A stretch of 64,000 bases of DNA from Lama guanicoe (lineage: Eukaryota), in the NCBI GenBank assembly GCA_013239625.1, contig MU056000.1:8738970-8802969 (forward strand), given 5' to 3'. Each line of letters opens with the position of its first letter. Within the stretch, counting starts at the first letter, position 1. Shown here piece by piece: positions 48,525-61,142 of the stretch. Both the position numbers and the translations under genes were made by a program. The notes below the pieces were generated by a model that was given only the letters and a program-made list of their open reading frames with translations, did not search any database and was not told the origin of the DNA.

Positions 48525-51281
48525 TGAATTGGGAATATAACACTTTTGAAAAACCTCTGAACACTTTGAAAAATGAACAATTCATCTAGGTTTTACATTA
48601 ATCTAGTCACACTTGTAAGTCCATGAAGAAGTCATGCTGGTCCAGTGAGATGCCGTCAGGAGGATGCAGTTGGTTTAGGAATAGCATCGCCACCCAGGTA
48701 TCGAGAGAATTTCTGGTTAAGAGTCACTAAAATAAGAAAATAATGGATGGGGGTAGACTTGTTTGTTTTGCACTTTAGGGCGTACATTTTTACCTTGGGC
48801 TTTAACTTATAAGAACACGGTAACATTATTCTGGACTTTAATTTCCTTAGATTTCAACACTTTTAAAAAGGCTTTAATTAATGTAACTGAATTTAAAATT
48901 TTGGCATTTCTGTGTAGCTGTGTTTCATTATTAAATTAGCTTTGCATAGCATTCCAACGGCAGGTGTCTGGAAGCTAGGTACAACAATTTGGGATGAGAT
49001 ACAGTGCATGGAGTGAATTTGCATCCTTGGGTGAAGAGAGCATTGGGATTGACTGATACACATGTCAGAGCCTTTGGGGAGAAATAATTGCAAACCGATA
49101 GCAATTCCTGGAAGATACACAAAGGTGAACTAGTTAGTTTAGGGGCCGAGGGGTCTTGTGAATGTTGAAACAGATTAACAATGGGATGCTACTGATAGCC
49201 TCTGAGAATGAAAAAAAAAATAGTTGTAAACATAGGAGAGACTAAACCCCATATTTTTAAATGAAGAATATTGACAAATGTTAGAATGGGGTAGTTTTCT
49301 CCATGCCATTTCTATGCAATAGTATTTTTTAATAATACTGGCCTCTGCCTTTTTGTACTCTCCTGGGGAAGAAAGGGTCCCTGAGCTGTTAGGAGTATTC
49401 AGTAGAAGCAGCTGGCCAGGTAGAGACCAGCTCCCTCCTCTTTGCTTCTCTTGGTAGCCAGTTACCCCTGGGATTTGCTCCTCCATGAAACAAGTGGTGT
49501 AAGTCACTTCAATATAAGAAAACTTGGATAGTCTAACTGCCTAAGCATGGCTCAGTCTAGCACAGTCTTAGGACGTTAACTTACAACTACCCCAGGCTCT
49601 CCACTGTAAGCTTTATAAGTAATAATAACAGTATTCTATCCATGTGCCTTATTGTTCTTCAATTTTCAATGGGTTCAAATCTTAGAATGTGGGGAAAGAG
49701 GTCTGTTATTTAACAATTTCCCTTATGATCTTTCAAAAAAGTTTTTCCCATCTCTGGGCCATCCATTACTGAGAGATGTATGTGCAATGGCAAAGTTAAC
49801 TTTGGACTCCATAAGTCACATTAATCGGGTTCAAGAAGAAATTAGTTCGCTATCAAAATTAATAGCTTGAAATACATATTAAAATAATAAATGTTTAGTG
49901 CTAGATTGTTATTATATGATTTAAAATTCAATGAGCATTTGTCTTACATATTATAGAGTCAGTATTTTATATAATGATTAGAACAATTACTATCCATTAA
50001 CATTTTATTTTGCTATTTTCTGTTGTCAAGGCAACCTTTCATTCTCTACTCAATTACTAAGCAGTAGAAAAATAATTACAGTTTCTTAGTCTCATTTAAG
50101 TAATTGGACTTGTAATATACCTTGTTTTTTTTGAAGGAGACTTTGTTTTCCAACCTTTAACCATGAATTATAATTACTACACTTTAAAAGGATACAGGGT
50201 TTAATTTAATTTTAAGGCTATGTGAAAGAAGGGTGCCAACATCTCAAACATATAAAGAACTTTCATGAAAAAATTATTATAAAACTGTTAACTTAGCATG
50301 CCTGTAATATTATCAGCTCTATTATAAAAGGTGTTACAGTGATGTAGACCTCTAAGTGCACAGTAATGAGATAGTATTTCAGTCTGTGAGAGAACCCTAC
50401 AGGTAGCACATTCCCCTGAGTGCAGGCGTACAATGTAGCCAGCAATGATACACTGTTTTGCTTTCCTGTACTTGGCTGGCTACGTCAAGGTCAATACTCT
50501 TATCAGGCTCTTGCATGTTTCATTTATTAGGTAGTTAATTGGTATAATTAATTAATGCGTTTATTTGTGAACTGCTTCTACAAATATTTGTAAATGTCTG
50601 TTAGGGGCTGTGTACTAAAGCTAGGACAAATGCTTCCTCTGTTAATCATGGAGCTTAGAGCAGCCTCTCCATCCACTTCTAAAAGGAAACAAAATGCAAT
50701 CATAGAGAGAAGACATTTTTGGCATCATGAAAACTTGTATTCAACATTCATTTTAAGCTTTTAAAATTTATTTGCCATATTTTTAGATAGGATCATAGTT
50801 TCATGTAAAAGGCTCAAAAATAGGAAGCTACACATTTTAAAAACATTCTCATTCATACTAGTTCCCGTATCTTACATGAGACTTAAATATTCGACACCAA
50901 TTTTTGTGTATCCTACTAAACACTTACAAATTATGAAAATACATATTTAAAAATTTAATCTTATTACTCATTCTCATCAGTGAGAAACTGATGACTTTCT
51001 CCGAACTTAATTTTCTAAGTAAATATGTATTGTAGAGCTATTGCTTTGTTGATTTATACAGCATTAATTATTTTATAACTGCTGTCCAGTACCCTACAGA
51101 CTTACATAGCAGTGTCTTTCACTCTTGCCAGAGTGGTCATTTAGTAGCTCTTCAAAGTTTAAGTATGACAAAAAAATACAATGGGGAAGTGGACCTGCAG
51201 GTCTCTGTGCACATTGCAAGTAGTTGGGGATAAATACCCAGAAAAAGACTTGCTCCATCAAATTAAGTGCATGCTTTGGTC

Positions 51282-51655
51282 GGGGAAATGAGGAGCTATC
51301 CAATGGCTATAAAGTTGCAGGAATGCAAGATGAATAAATTCTAGAGATTTGCTGTCAACATAGTGCTTACAATCTACAGTGTGGTATAGTGTACATTAAA
51401 ATTTGATAAGAGGGTAGATCTCATGTTAAGTGCTCTTACCATGAAGGGGAAAAAAAAAGAAAATTAAAAAAAAACCAAAACCCCAAACCCAAATCAAAAG
51501 GTTGCAAGGAAGCCGTGGGAGGTATTAAATACATAATTTACCTTGCTTTTGGTGGTGGTATCACGTTCTGTGTGTGTCCAAACCCATCAAATTGTACACA
51601 TTAAATATGTGCAGTAATTTATATATAGATTTTACTGCCATAAAGCTGTTAAAAT
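51282..51655 (+). mobile_element. L1MB/L1MA10-like 3' UTR
   Basis: GGCTATAAAGTTGCAG..ATGCAAGATGAATAAATTCTAGAGAT..AAGAGGGTAGATCTCATGTTAAGTGCTCTTACCA..CATCAAATTGTACACATTAAATATGTGCAG..ATAAAGCTGTTAAAA. Confidence 0.88.
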
Positions 51656-51669
51656 TATTCAGCTAGAGA

Positions 51670-53260
51670 TATGAAACTGCACACCAGCAAACCAGTATAC
51701 ATTTAATCCCTCTGCTAGCAACATATGAAATTATGCAGTTCCCATAACCATTTTCCATACTAAATTGTATCAAATTAAAAATTATATACAGACAAATGAT
51801 TAGGAAGAATCATATCACAATTTGTTGAAATATATACTTTCCTGATAATTACTGAGGTTGAATATCTTTTCATATACTTATTGGACATTAATAATTCTTT
51901 TCTATTTAATATGCAAATTTATCTTCATATTCATTGCTGGTTCTCTTATCGTAAGTAATTATTTAAAATTCTAAGCTATTTAAAAGACTATGAAAGAGGT
52001 AACATCAATCAAAATACCACAAGCCAGGATCAAACATCTCTTAATGTGAAATTGAATGTCTTTGTGTACACACACACACACATCAAAAAGGACCCTGTTA
52101 TGCACATAGTTTTCTCAAGAGCCTTTTAAAAATCCTAACAAAGAATGTGATCCTTTATTATGCCAATTACTCTACAAAATCAAAACATTTTTAAATGGCA
52201 ATATATTCATGCAATACTCATGTGGATGTACACAGTTTATTTACCTGATGTCCTAGGAGGGGACCTTTTGAACGTTGACAGTTGTTTGCTATTATAAGCA
52301 ACGTTGCAATGATAATCTTTACGTATACACACACTTACCTTCTCCATTAACATCTTAGGATACATTTACTGACATGAAACAGTTGGGGCAAATGATATGC
52401 ACACTTTAAACACTGACACATTGTAAACTTGCCTTTTACAAAGGTGGTGCAAATTTACAGATTATTAGAGAATTTGTTTTCATACAGCAATAACAAATCC
52501 TGGAACTGTATAGTTTATATTTTCTTATTGGCTGATCAGTTCAATGGCAAAAATATTTTGTTATTACTTTAATTTGAATAGATTTATTAATATGCTTCAT
52601 GTATGTTCAATACTTATTGGTCAATTGTATTTCTTCTTTTGTGAATCACTTATTCATACCTTTGCTACATTTTGGGGAGTTTTCTTTTTTATACTAATTT
52701 TTAAAAATTTTTCTTAAATTTTTCCCTATTATAAACTTGAATAAATAGTCCTGTTTATCACTTCAGAATATTTGCACTGTACAGAATTTGTGATATTTGT
52801 GTAGCTTATGTTATAATAGTACTATTATTAGTTACATCTTTTCTTGTTCTTTTTGTCAGTTTGATGGTTAATTTTTCTAGCTCAAGATTTTCTAAATCAT
52901 GACAATTTATATGCAGGTATATTTCTGGATTCTTTAATTATATCTATCAATCTTGTACTGATACCATATTGTTTGGTTAAATTTATTATAATGTATTTTG
53001 GTAACTGATTGGAAATTTTCCTTTCTTTTTTTTTTTTTTTTTTTTTTTAGTGGGAGAAGGAGGTAATTAGATGTATCTTATTTTAGAGGAGGTACTGGGG
53101 ATAGAACCCAGGACCTTGTGCATGCTAGGCATGTGCTTTACCACTTGAGCTATACCCTCCCCATTGGAAGGCTTCCTATAGCAGTCTTTATTTTTAGAAA
53201 TTTTCTATTTACCAATATTTTAAATTTCAAGAATGAACATTAAAATCATTTGTAAAATGA
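51670..53260 (-). mobile_element. Old L1ME fragments
   Basis: CCTGATAATTACTGAGGTTGAATATCTTTCATATACTTATTGGACATT, TTTGCTATTATAAGCAACGTTGCAATGA, ATTGTATTTCTTCTTTTGTGAAT, ATTTCTGGATTCT..GTACTGATACCATATTGTTT. At least two fragments. Confidence 0.7.
53023..53162 (-). mobile_element. Camelid Vic-1-type SINE
   Basis: Long T-tail, GGAGGTAATTAG, GGAGGTACTGGGGATAGAACCCAGGACC, ACCACTTGAGCTATACCCTCCCC. Imperfect TSD ATTGGAAATTTTCCT / ATTGGAAGGCTTCCT. Confidence 0.92.
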
Positions 53261-54171
53261 TGATTAAGTCAGGAAATCATTTTAATGAATAAAAGTATTA
53301 CTAATAAATTCAAAGGAATATCAATTAAATATCAACAAATGTTTTTGGATAGAAATTGAAAAAAACTGATTTAAAGTTATGTATAAATGCAAACTACCTG
53401 GAAGAGCAAAAATTAATTTTAAAAAAGGACAAAATTCAAAGCTTTATACTTTGTTAACTATTCTTAACACTGATAGGATGTATTATAAGCCAGAGTAACC
53501 AATTTCGTATTTGCATAATACAGGCAAATACTTCAATGGAACAAAAGAGGGAGTCTAGATTGATCCATGCATATATGGTTAACTGATTTTTGACAAAGGT
53601 GCTAAGATAATTCAAAGGAGAAATATCTTTTTAATAAATAGTGCTTGATCAACTGGATACTTTTTGGGAAAAAATGAAACTTAACCTCATACCATAGACA
53701 AAAATTTAATTTATGATAGATCATAGACATAAATATAACACTTGGAAGCATAAAACCTCTAAAAATGCATAGATGATTATATTTGCAAATTCAGGATAGG
53801 CAAATATCTCCTAGACAAGACATAAAAAGCCCAAACAGGAAAAAAAAAAGTAAATTGAACTTCATTACAATTTTACAATTAACAACTTCTGTTCTTCATA
53901 GATACTGTTAATACACATATGCAAAGCCACACACTTGAATCTAATATTTTTTGTTTATATATTTGACAAAGGCTTGTACCCAGAATAAAGAATTTTTCAA
54001 GAAATCTAATTTTTTAAAAATTGGGCAATATATTTAAACAGAAAATTCAGAAAATGACAGGTACAAATGGTCACTAAACACTCGTTATTCTTCAGGGAAA
54101 TGAAAACTAAAACTGTGAGTTTACTTCACACTGACTAGAATGGCGTAGGTCCAGATCACTGGTGAGAATGT

Positions 54172-54575
54172 TGCGAAGGTAGCCTCTTAGGTGACCGCCA
54201 GTGACTCTCACCTTCTGACATCCAGGCCCTCGGATAACCGCCTGGCCTTGAGTGACTTCCTTCTCATCAGTAGAATACGGCAACTTTGGAGTGATGCAAC
54301 TTCCATGATGGCATTAGGAGAAACTGCATCTTCTGTTTTGCTACCAGACTCTCTCTCTCCATCACTGGCTTTGACTGAGCGAGCTGCTAGTTTGGAGAGG
54401 TGCACATGGCATGGAACTGAGGGCCGACTTCAGGCAACAGTCAATGAGACACCTAGGCCTTCAGTCCTCGAGGAACGAGACCCTCCTAGCAACAGCGAAA
54501 GTTAGCTGAGAAGTGGACCATCTCCAGCTGAGTGTTTAGATGAGGTTCTAGCCCTGGCCCGCACCAACCGATACG
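54172..54575 (+). mobile_element. MaLR LTR (MLT1E/F-like)
   Basis: AGCCTCTTAGGTGACCGCCAGTGACTCTCACCTTCTG..GTGACTTCCTTCT..TAGAATACGGCAA..CACATGGCATGGAACTGAGGG..GGCCTTCAGTCC..TTAGATGAG..AGCCCTGGCC. Confidence 0.8.
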
Positions 54576-54721
54576 GGGGAACTTCAACTTTCATAGGTTG
54601 CTGACAGAAATGCAATATGATTCAGCCACTCTGCAAAACTGTTTGGCAGGTATTTCATAATGAAAGCATATCCACTGTACAATTAGCAATTCTACTCCCA
54701 CTTATTTATTGAAGAGAAATG

Positions 54722-55143
54722 TGGTACAAAATATCTTTAAACAACAAAAATTTATTTTCTTACATTTCTGGAGGCTGAAAGTCTGAAATTATGATGTTGG
54801 CAGGGCCAAGCTGCCCCTGAAGACCCTGAGAAGCCTTTCTTTCCTCTTCTTAGTCTATGGTGGTTGTTGCGAGTCCTTGGCCTTCCTGGTCTTATAGTTG
54901 CATCCTATGGCCTTCCTCCTCTGGGGCGGCAGGGGTGGGGGGAGTGGGGGGAGAGTTTGTCTGTTCAAATGACACTCTACTTGTAAGGATACCAGTCACT
55001 GGATTTAGGGCCCACCTAATCTAGCATGACCTCGTCTTACACTGATAACAAAGACCCTGCAAGGACTCTGTTTATGAACAGGGCCACAGTCGCAAATCCC
55101 AGGTAGATATGAATTTTGCCAGGACGCTATTCAACCCAGTACA
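54722..55143 (-). mobile_element. MaLR LTR (MLT1B/C-like)
   Basis: TTAAACAACAAAAATTTATTTTCTTACATTTCTGGAGGCTGAAAGTCTGAAAT..GTTGGCAGGGCCA..TAAGGATACCAGTCACTGGATTTAGGGCCCACCTAATC..ATTCAACCCAGTACA. Confidence 0.88.
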
Positions 55144-55573
55144 ATCTTCTTCCTGAAAAATCTACCACCCATTCTCATAATAAAACAAACACACAAACAA
55201 ACCACCTGTAATTGAGGGACATTCTACAATATATGTCACCAGTACTCCTCAACACTGTCAAGGTAATGGAAAAAGAAAAAAGATGGAAAAACTGTCACAG
55301 ATCAGAAGAGACTTAAGGAGACATTATGACCAAACATGCTGTGATACCCTGGATTGCAGCCTCATACAGATAAAAGGGTGTTACTGCAGACCCTGACAGA
55401 ATCCAAACAAGCCTAGGGTTTTGTTAACAGTAATGTACAAAGGTGGTTTTTATTAGTTTTGACAAATGTATGCTGATTATCTAAGATATTTATTAACAAA
55501 AGGGGAAATTGGGTGAGGATTATATGGGAACTTACTCTTTTTGCCACTTTTAAATATATCTTAAAAAGTTAAC

Positions 55574-55720
55574 AAAGAAAGAAAGGAAGGAGAAGAGAAA
55601 AGGAGGAGGAAGGAGGAGAGAAAGAAGGGGAGGGAGAAAAAGGGGAGGGAGGGAGGGAGGGAGGGAGATAGGAAGCAAGGAAGGAAGGAAGGAAGGAAAA
55701 AGGACAAAAAGAGGGAAGAA
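55574..55720. repeat. Polypurine tract with (GGGA)n and (GGAA)n
   Basis: About 145 bp of almost pure A/G. Confidence 0.9.
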
Positions 55721-55935
55721 CACTTCTATACTACTTTCTATGTGCCAGGCATCATTCTAAACACTTTGCACATATGAGCACCTTTCTTCCTTACCTCAAG
55801 TGTGTGTACTTTTATTATCTCCCAATTTACTGCTAGAAAATCTGCATCCAAATGTTGGTAACTTGCCCAGCCACCCCATGACAAAAAGGCAGAGCTGTGG
55901 TAGTTGGGCTTCAGTCTGCATTTACCTACCCCATT
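55720..55935 (-). mobile_element. MIR SINE
   Basis: CTATGTGCCAGGCATCATTCTAAACACTTTGCACAT..TATTATCTCCCAATTTAC..TAACTTGCCCA..GGCAGAGCTG. Confidence 0.75.
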
Positions 55936-55979
55936 ATTGTCCTGAATGCAATGGGAGTCTCAGTGCCACATTGTTCCTT

Positions 55980-56250
55980 AGGAGGCTAACATCTCAATTC
56001 AGAGAAAAGATGATGGTGAGAGAGAGTGACCTGGGTTGGGTTTGAGATGATTTCTTGGTAAAATCAAATGAAACTGATGGTAGATTAGATACATGAAACG
56101 AGGAAGAAGAAAATATCAAGCATGCATCTCCAACTGGGTTGGGGTGTTTACTAAGATAGGGAACAGCAAAGATGTTTGGTGAGGGAAATCAAGATGACAG
56201 TTTTTTTCTGAAGTTTGAGATGCTAAAGAAATATACAGGTAGATGTGTCA
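55980..56250 (-). mobile_element. L2 fragment
   Basis: TTTGAGATGATTT..GGTAAAATCAA..ACTGATGGTAGATTAGAT..TTTACTAAGATAGGGAACA..AAGTTTGAGATGC..CAGGTAGATGTGTCAA. Confidence 0.6.
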
Positions 56251-59200
56251 AAGCCTCCGTGATTCAGTGTTTTCATCCCTCTTTCCCAAGACGGAGTTGA
56301 GGTATCTGAGGTGGATCACCCGACTGCTGGTGAAAGGGACCATGGCCCCAGTCCCACGGCAGGTGCTTAGGTCATGGTCTCAGGTAGCTGTTCAGGTGTG
56401 TTCTCTGAGAGCTGGGTCCACCGTGGGTTCTTTTCCTTGAGGCTGGGTCCTTCTTCCTTGCTGACCTGGCCCCTCTCCCTGTTACTGGTGCTGCAGACTC
56501 TCATGAATACACAGCGAGCATGGGAACTCGCCCATTAGCGCCTTCTGTATCCTATGCAAGAGACAGCTTCCGTTCCCTGGCATGAGAGGGTTCCGATGTG
56601 CTGAATCAGGTCCTCTTGCTGCCTAACCCCAACACCACGTCACCTTTCCCTGGGATGCAGTGAGCTTGTGTGCAGAGAGAAAGAGCAGGGACAATTGTGC
56701 TGTCAGCTGCCCCAAGATGTCGTTTATTTTCATCCCAAAGAGGAAAGTCAGAACACATGGTGGTCCACCTCCCTTCTCTTTTCTCTTCTCTTCCCCTGTC
56801 CTCTAGGAAAAAAAGAAAATTCAGCTGTTTCTTGTTCCTCGATGTCTGGAACTTCCCCTAAATCATACGTTCTTTCTTCTATAACTGGTAACCTTCATCC
56901 CTTTTTTTATGGGGGCCATAACGCTGGAATATCTCTGGGAGAACTTAGATCACTCAGAGAATGAAAATACACATCTGTGAAAAACAGTTTAATTCTTTCC
57001 ATGGCACCCATTCACACCAATGCATCTTCATTACCACACCTTCACCAGTCAACAGATTTTAGATGTTAAGGGAGATGGTTTATAGCTATTGTCACTGCTC
57101 CCCCAATTTAAGTACAAATTATGGAACTGGGCAACCCTCTTAACTCCCTAGAGGAGTGAACGTTTAAAGGAGTTGAGTGAATTGTAGAGGGAAGATGCAC
57201 TTAAGCAGCAAGGTCTGTGGTTTAGACTGAAGCAAAGACAAATGGTTTGCATCATGCGGTATTAAGAGAGAAGTTAAATTGATTTAACACAACATTTTGA
57301 TGTTTGAAAATGACTGTATTTAACCGAGCACCCCACTGGGCTTTGACTGAAGGGCCCAGTGAGAACTGCTGTTTCCAAGCAGGAAATACAAATTTAGAAG
57401 CTATTTTGTATGTTTGTGAGACTTCAAAGCATGTGATGAATTGCAGAAATTTGATGTGTTTTTAGATTTTCCTTTTCTGACATTATTGTCAATAGAGTAT
57501 CATAGAATCTATCGTGATGAGTTCAATCTTGGCTTATGTTTTATTTCTATTAAATTAGGTCTCACATTCCAACACTGGGATTTAGGATGTCCTTCTAAAT
57601 AATTTCTGGGCTGTGCTTTCACATGACTTTTCATGTGACCAAGGTCCACATTCATTACAAGTGCCCGCCTTCTCACTTCAGTCTCTATTCATACCTCTTT
57701 TGACTTCAGCCTCTTTCTTCATTTTTAGCAAAAATCATTCCTTCTTAGAATTACAACAAACACTACGTTGTTTTCTCATATGCATAAGAATATTTCGATA
57801 AGAATTAACCAAACTGAAAGGGTGAAGTTAGAAGACAAGTACTGAATTTATTTCATTCTGCAGTCATTAGCCACAATTGCTTTCCATGGCTCCTTAAAGC
57901 TTCCGTCCTGTCTGACAACAGTCTCAAAAAAAATCTTAGTTCCTGAGGCAATTTCAAAGAAGATTCAGTGGGATTGTTGCCCCTGCCGCCCCAAATAAAA
58001 CAAAAAGAGGAGGACTTTCAGACCAGTTCACTGTGTCTGAGTGTAGATCCCCCCGCCATGGGTTTGTTCCTTTACCGCCTCTCATGTCTACCTTGCTGCA
58101 ATCATTCCAAGTTCCCTCTTGATCTTTTCTGGTTTGCTGATGTGGTCAAACGGATATAGTTTTAGTTTAATCCCTGCTCTGAAAATGATGACCTTCCTTT
58201 GTATGACTATGCATGCACTAATGTCTACTTTAGGTAGTTTTTTTTTTTTTAAGATTTTATAGACAGAATGAGGCCTCATTTTTGTTTGAATGATAATGAT
58301 TATGAATAAGGTTGTATTTTAAGCAGTTTGAATGTCCTTAGTCAATTATTTCTTTGACTCTTTCTTATTTATTTAACCCGAGCCATCTCCAAGGACCTCC
58401 CAAGAGTTCCACCGCCCTCCGCTCTTCACCATTAGAGGATGCTTTGCTACAGGTGATAATTGCTTGGCTTCCTGCAAGGCTGAGTCCCATTGAGGTCAGA
58501 GGCTGTGGCGTCTAAATCTGAATGGTTAACACTAGCAGTTGGGGTCTTACTGCGTGCTGACAAAATGAGCAATGAGTAACACCATCGAGAACCTCTCCCT
58601 TCAGTGTGTGGGTGATTTTTTTTCTTCTTCTTAATATTGGACATATAAATACACTACCTTGTTCAATTTCAGGCAGAAAGCTGGTATCTTTAATTGCAAT
58701 TTATAGCATTACAATATAAACAGATAAATAGAGAATAAATATTTGGAACACAATAAATATCCTAGATGGGTGTCAGAAAATAGAATAAATAATCCTTAAA
58801 TAAGTGCTTTATGTGGTGATTTGAAATATGTACTCAAGAGAAAGAGCAATGGTCACCTCTATTATAAAGTTATTAATTCCTTAATTAACGTGGCCAATTG
58901 TAAAATCACTTTCCATCTTCATTGATCTTCCCTGCGTGGTTACTAATTGATATAGAATTCTTTGAGAAATAGAATTATATAAGGTGTAATTAATACACAG
59001 TTAATACCTTTTTCAAAGATGCTTTAAATGTTGCTCCATCATTTAAGAGGAAATTAGATCTTTTCATGAGAAAATTAGAAAACAGCATGGCAGGAGGTTT
59101 TCATTACTAATTTATTAAGTGGTAAGTTGGGAACTATTGATGAGATATGATTTTTACAACTGGACCAGAATATGATTTTTAAGTTTTAATTCATGCTGTT

Positions 59201-60519
59201 TCAGTTTTGAAAACAGAATTGTGATCTGTGTATTTGTTAACAATGTACAATTTTTGCCTAATGTAAAAATTTTACAATGCACTGGAAGTTTTTCTGTTGT
59301 TTATCTTCCTGAAATAAGTGCAGTCATTTGATAAACAACCCTCTGACTTTGCTAATTATGTGCATAACACATATGATGTCATTCTGTATATTCTGTAGCC
59401 TTTTAAATTGCCTTCCTTACTAAGCAGAAATCTTCACTGTAAACACAAATATATCTATCCTTTCATTTCCATGGCTACTAAATATTCCATTGAATGGAAG
59501 CACTAAATTCCTAATGAGCTCCAGATCTTGAATGCTTAGGCTGTTCTTAATTTTTCACTTTTAAATTATGTTGCATCCCCTATCATTAAAAGTACTTGCC
59601 CTTAGGAAAATATTCTGAATGTGATATGGAATTGAAGTGTCTGCACTTTTCAAAATTTGATACGTCCCCTGATTACCCTCTAGATAGGTTTTACCTTTTC
59701 CACATCAGCCTGAGAAGAAAGCGAGTCTCTGTTTCTCCAAGGAAAGCAACTTGAAATTCAGACCTGCAAACATCGCACTTTTCATCCAAGCAGAAATGCT
59801 ACTAGCATGATACATGCGGACACAGTTTCGTTTTCAACAACATAACAATCCTGAATAACTAAATTTAAGTAGGGTTGGTACAAGTTGTTGCTAATTTGCA
59901 TGGCGTTTTTATAAAGGTCAGTGTAAGGTGCTGTTTGGGGAGGAAAGAGTACAATTCATAGCAAATTTCCCGTAAATTCCAGTTAATTAAATTGTCCATA
60001 TTTTATGTCCTGCTTATGTTTTCATGGCAGCCCTCAAGGGCTACTTTGGTAATAATACAGCTAAACCAGTGTATTCACATTACTAGACTGAAGTTCTCAA
60101 AAGTGAATAATATGAAGTAGAAAAATCTCTGACTTTTTCTATTGTTAGTGCTAGTAACGTATATTGTAGACGGACAGCATCCTAAATGTATTTCTGTGGT
60201 CTTTTCTGGTAGTCTGTTTTTTCCCTTCCAATACCCCAAAGACTACATCCAGTTCCACGCTTAAAATGTATTTTCCTGTACCTTGACCCTAGAACAATAG
60301 CTAATTTGTTGATCTCAACTTGCTTCTGGGGGAAGGCAGGGCAGTTTAACTCATGTCCACCAAGGAGTATGTGACTTACACCATCCTACGTATATTTGGA
60401 GAGTCACTGTTGACAGTACATGACTTGAATGTATCTAGGAACTGTAACAAAGTAAAGTGTGTTGAATTGAGTCATGAAATAGACATTTCAGACAACTTGA
60501 GTAAATTATTTTTAATATT

Positions 60520-61142
60520 TTCAAATTAAATTAATTTAAATTACTTTTAAACATATATGCAATAAAATACATTCAGGATGCGAATATGACGCCTACAGCT
60601 CAGTGATTTTGTATATGTACACAGATTTAACAACTAGCCAGATTAAGATACAGAACCTGTCCAGGGTTACTTTAGAATTCCTACCACTTTCCCAGTCTAT
60701 ACAAGACACACACACATACATACACACCCCTGAAAATAATTGCTATTTTGACATTCTGACTTTCATTTTTTATTAGATTTGTCTGTGCTTGGACAATTAT
60801 TTTTTGTATAAATATTCCCTGTACCTCCTGATGGAAGTTTGAGTCATCCAGTTTGGGCTGATAATGGTCCTGCTGCCATGAGTATGAGTCCTTGTGTAGA
60901 GAGAGATTCTTGCTCATGAGCAAGTCCTCGTGTAGACAGACACACTCATTGCTTTGGGGGTCGGATTTCTAGGTCATAGACTAGGAGTATGTTTCACTTT
61001 ATCAGAAGCCCCGAAACGATTTCAAACTTAGTGGTGCTGTTTTACGACCCAACTAGACATGGTAGGGAGTTCTTATTGCTCTACGTACTCACCACTCTCT
61101 GACACTGTTAGTCATTTCAGCTACTTTGTTGGGTGTAGTGAA
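60520..61142 (-). mobile_element. L1ME-like 3' UTR fragments
   Basis: TACAGCTCAGTGATTTT..CCAGATTAAGATACAGAAC..CCAGTTTGGGCTGATAATG..GCTGCCATGAG..TAGGTCATAG..TCAGCTACTTTGTTGGGTGTAGTG. Confidence 0.7.

Larger units (their letters stand above)
53300..55570 (+). mobile_element. L1MC/L1MD-like ORF2 C-terminus and 3' UTR, split by two MaLR LTRs
   Basis: CAATGGAACA..CATATATGGTTAACTGATTTTTGACAAAGGTGCTAAG..ACTAGAATGGC..GGTGAGAATGT, resumes TTCAGCCACTCTGCAAAACTGTTTGGCAG, 3' UTR AATTGAGGGACATTCTACAA..CCAGTACTCCTCAACACTGTCAAGG..AACTGTCACAGATCAGAAGAGAC. Confidence 0.82.
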
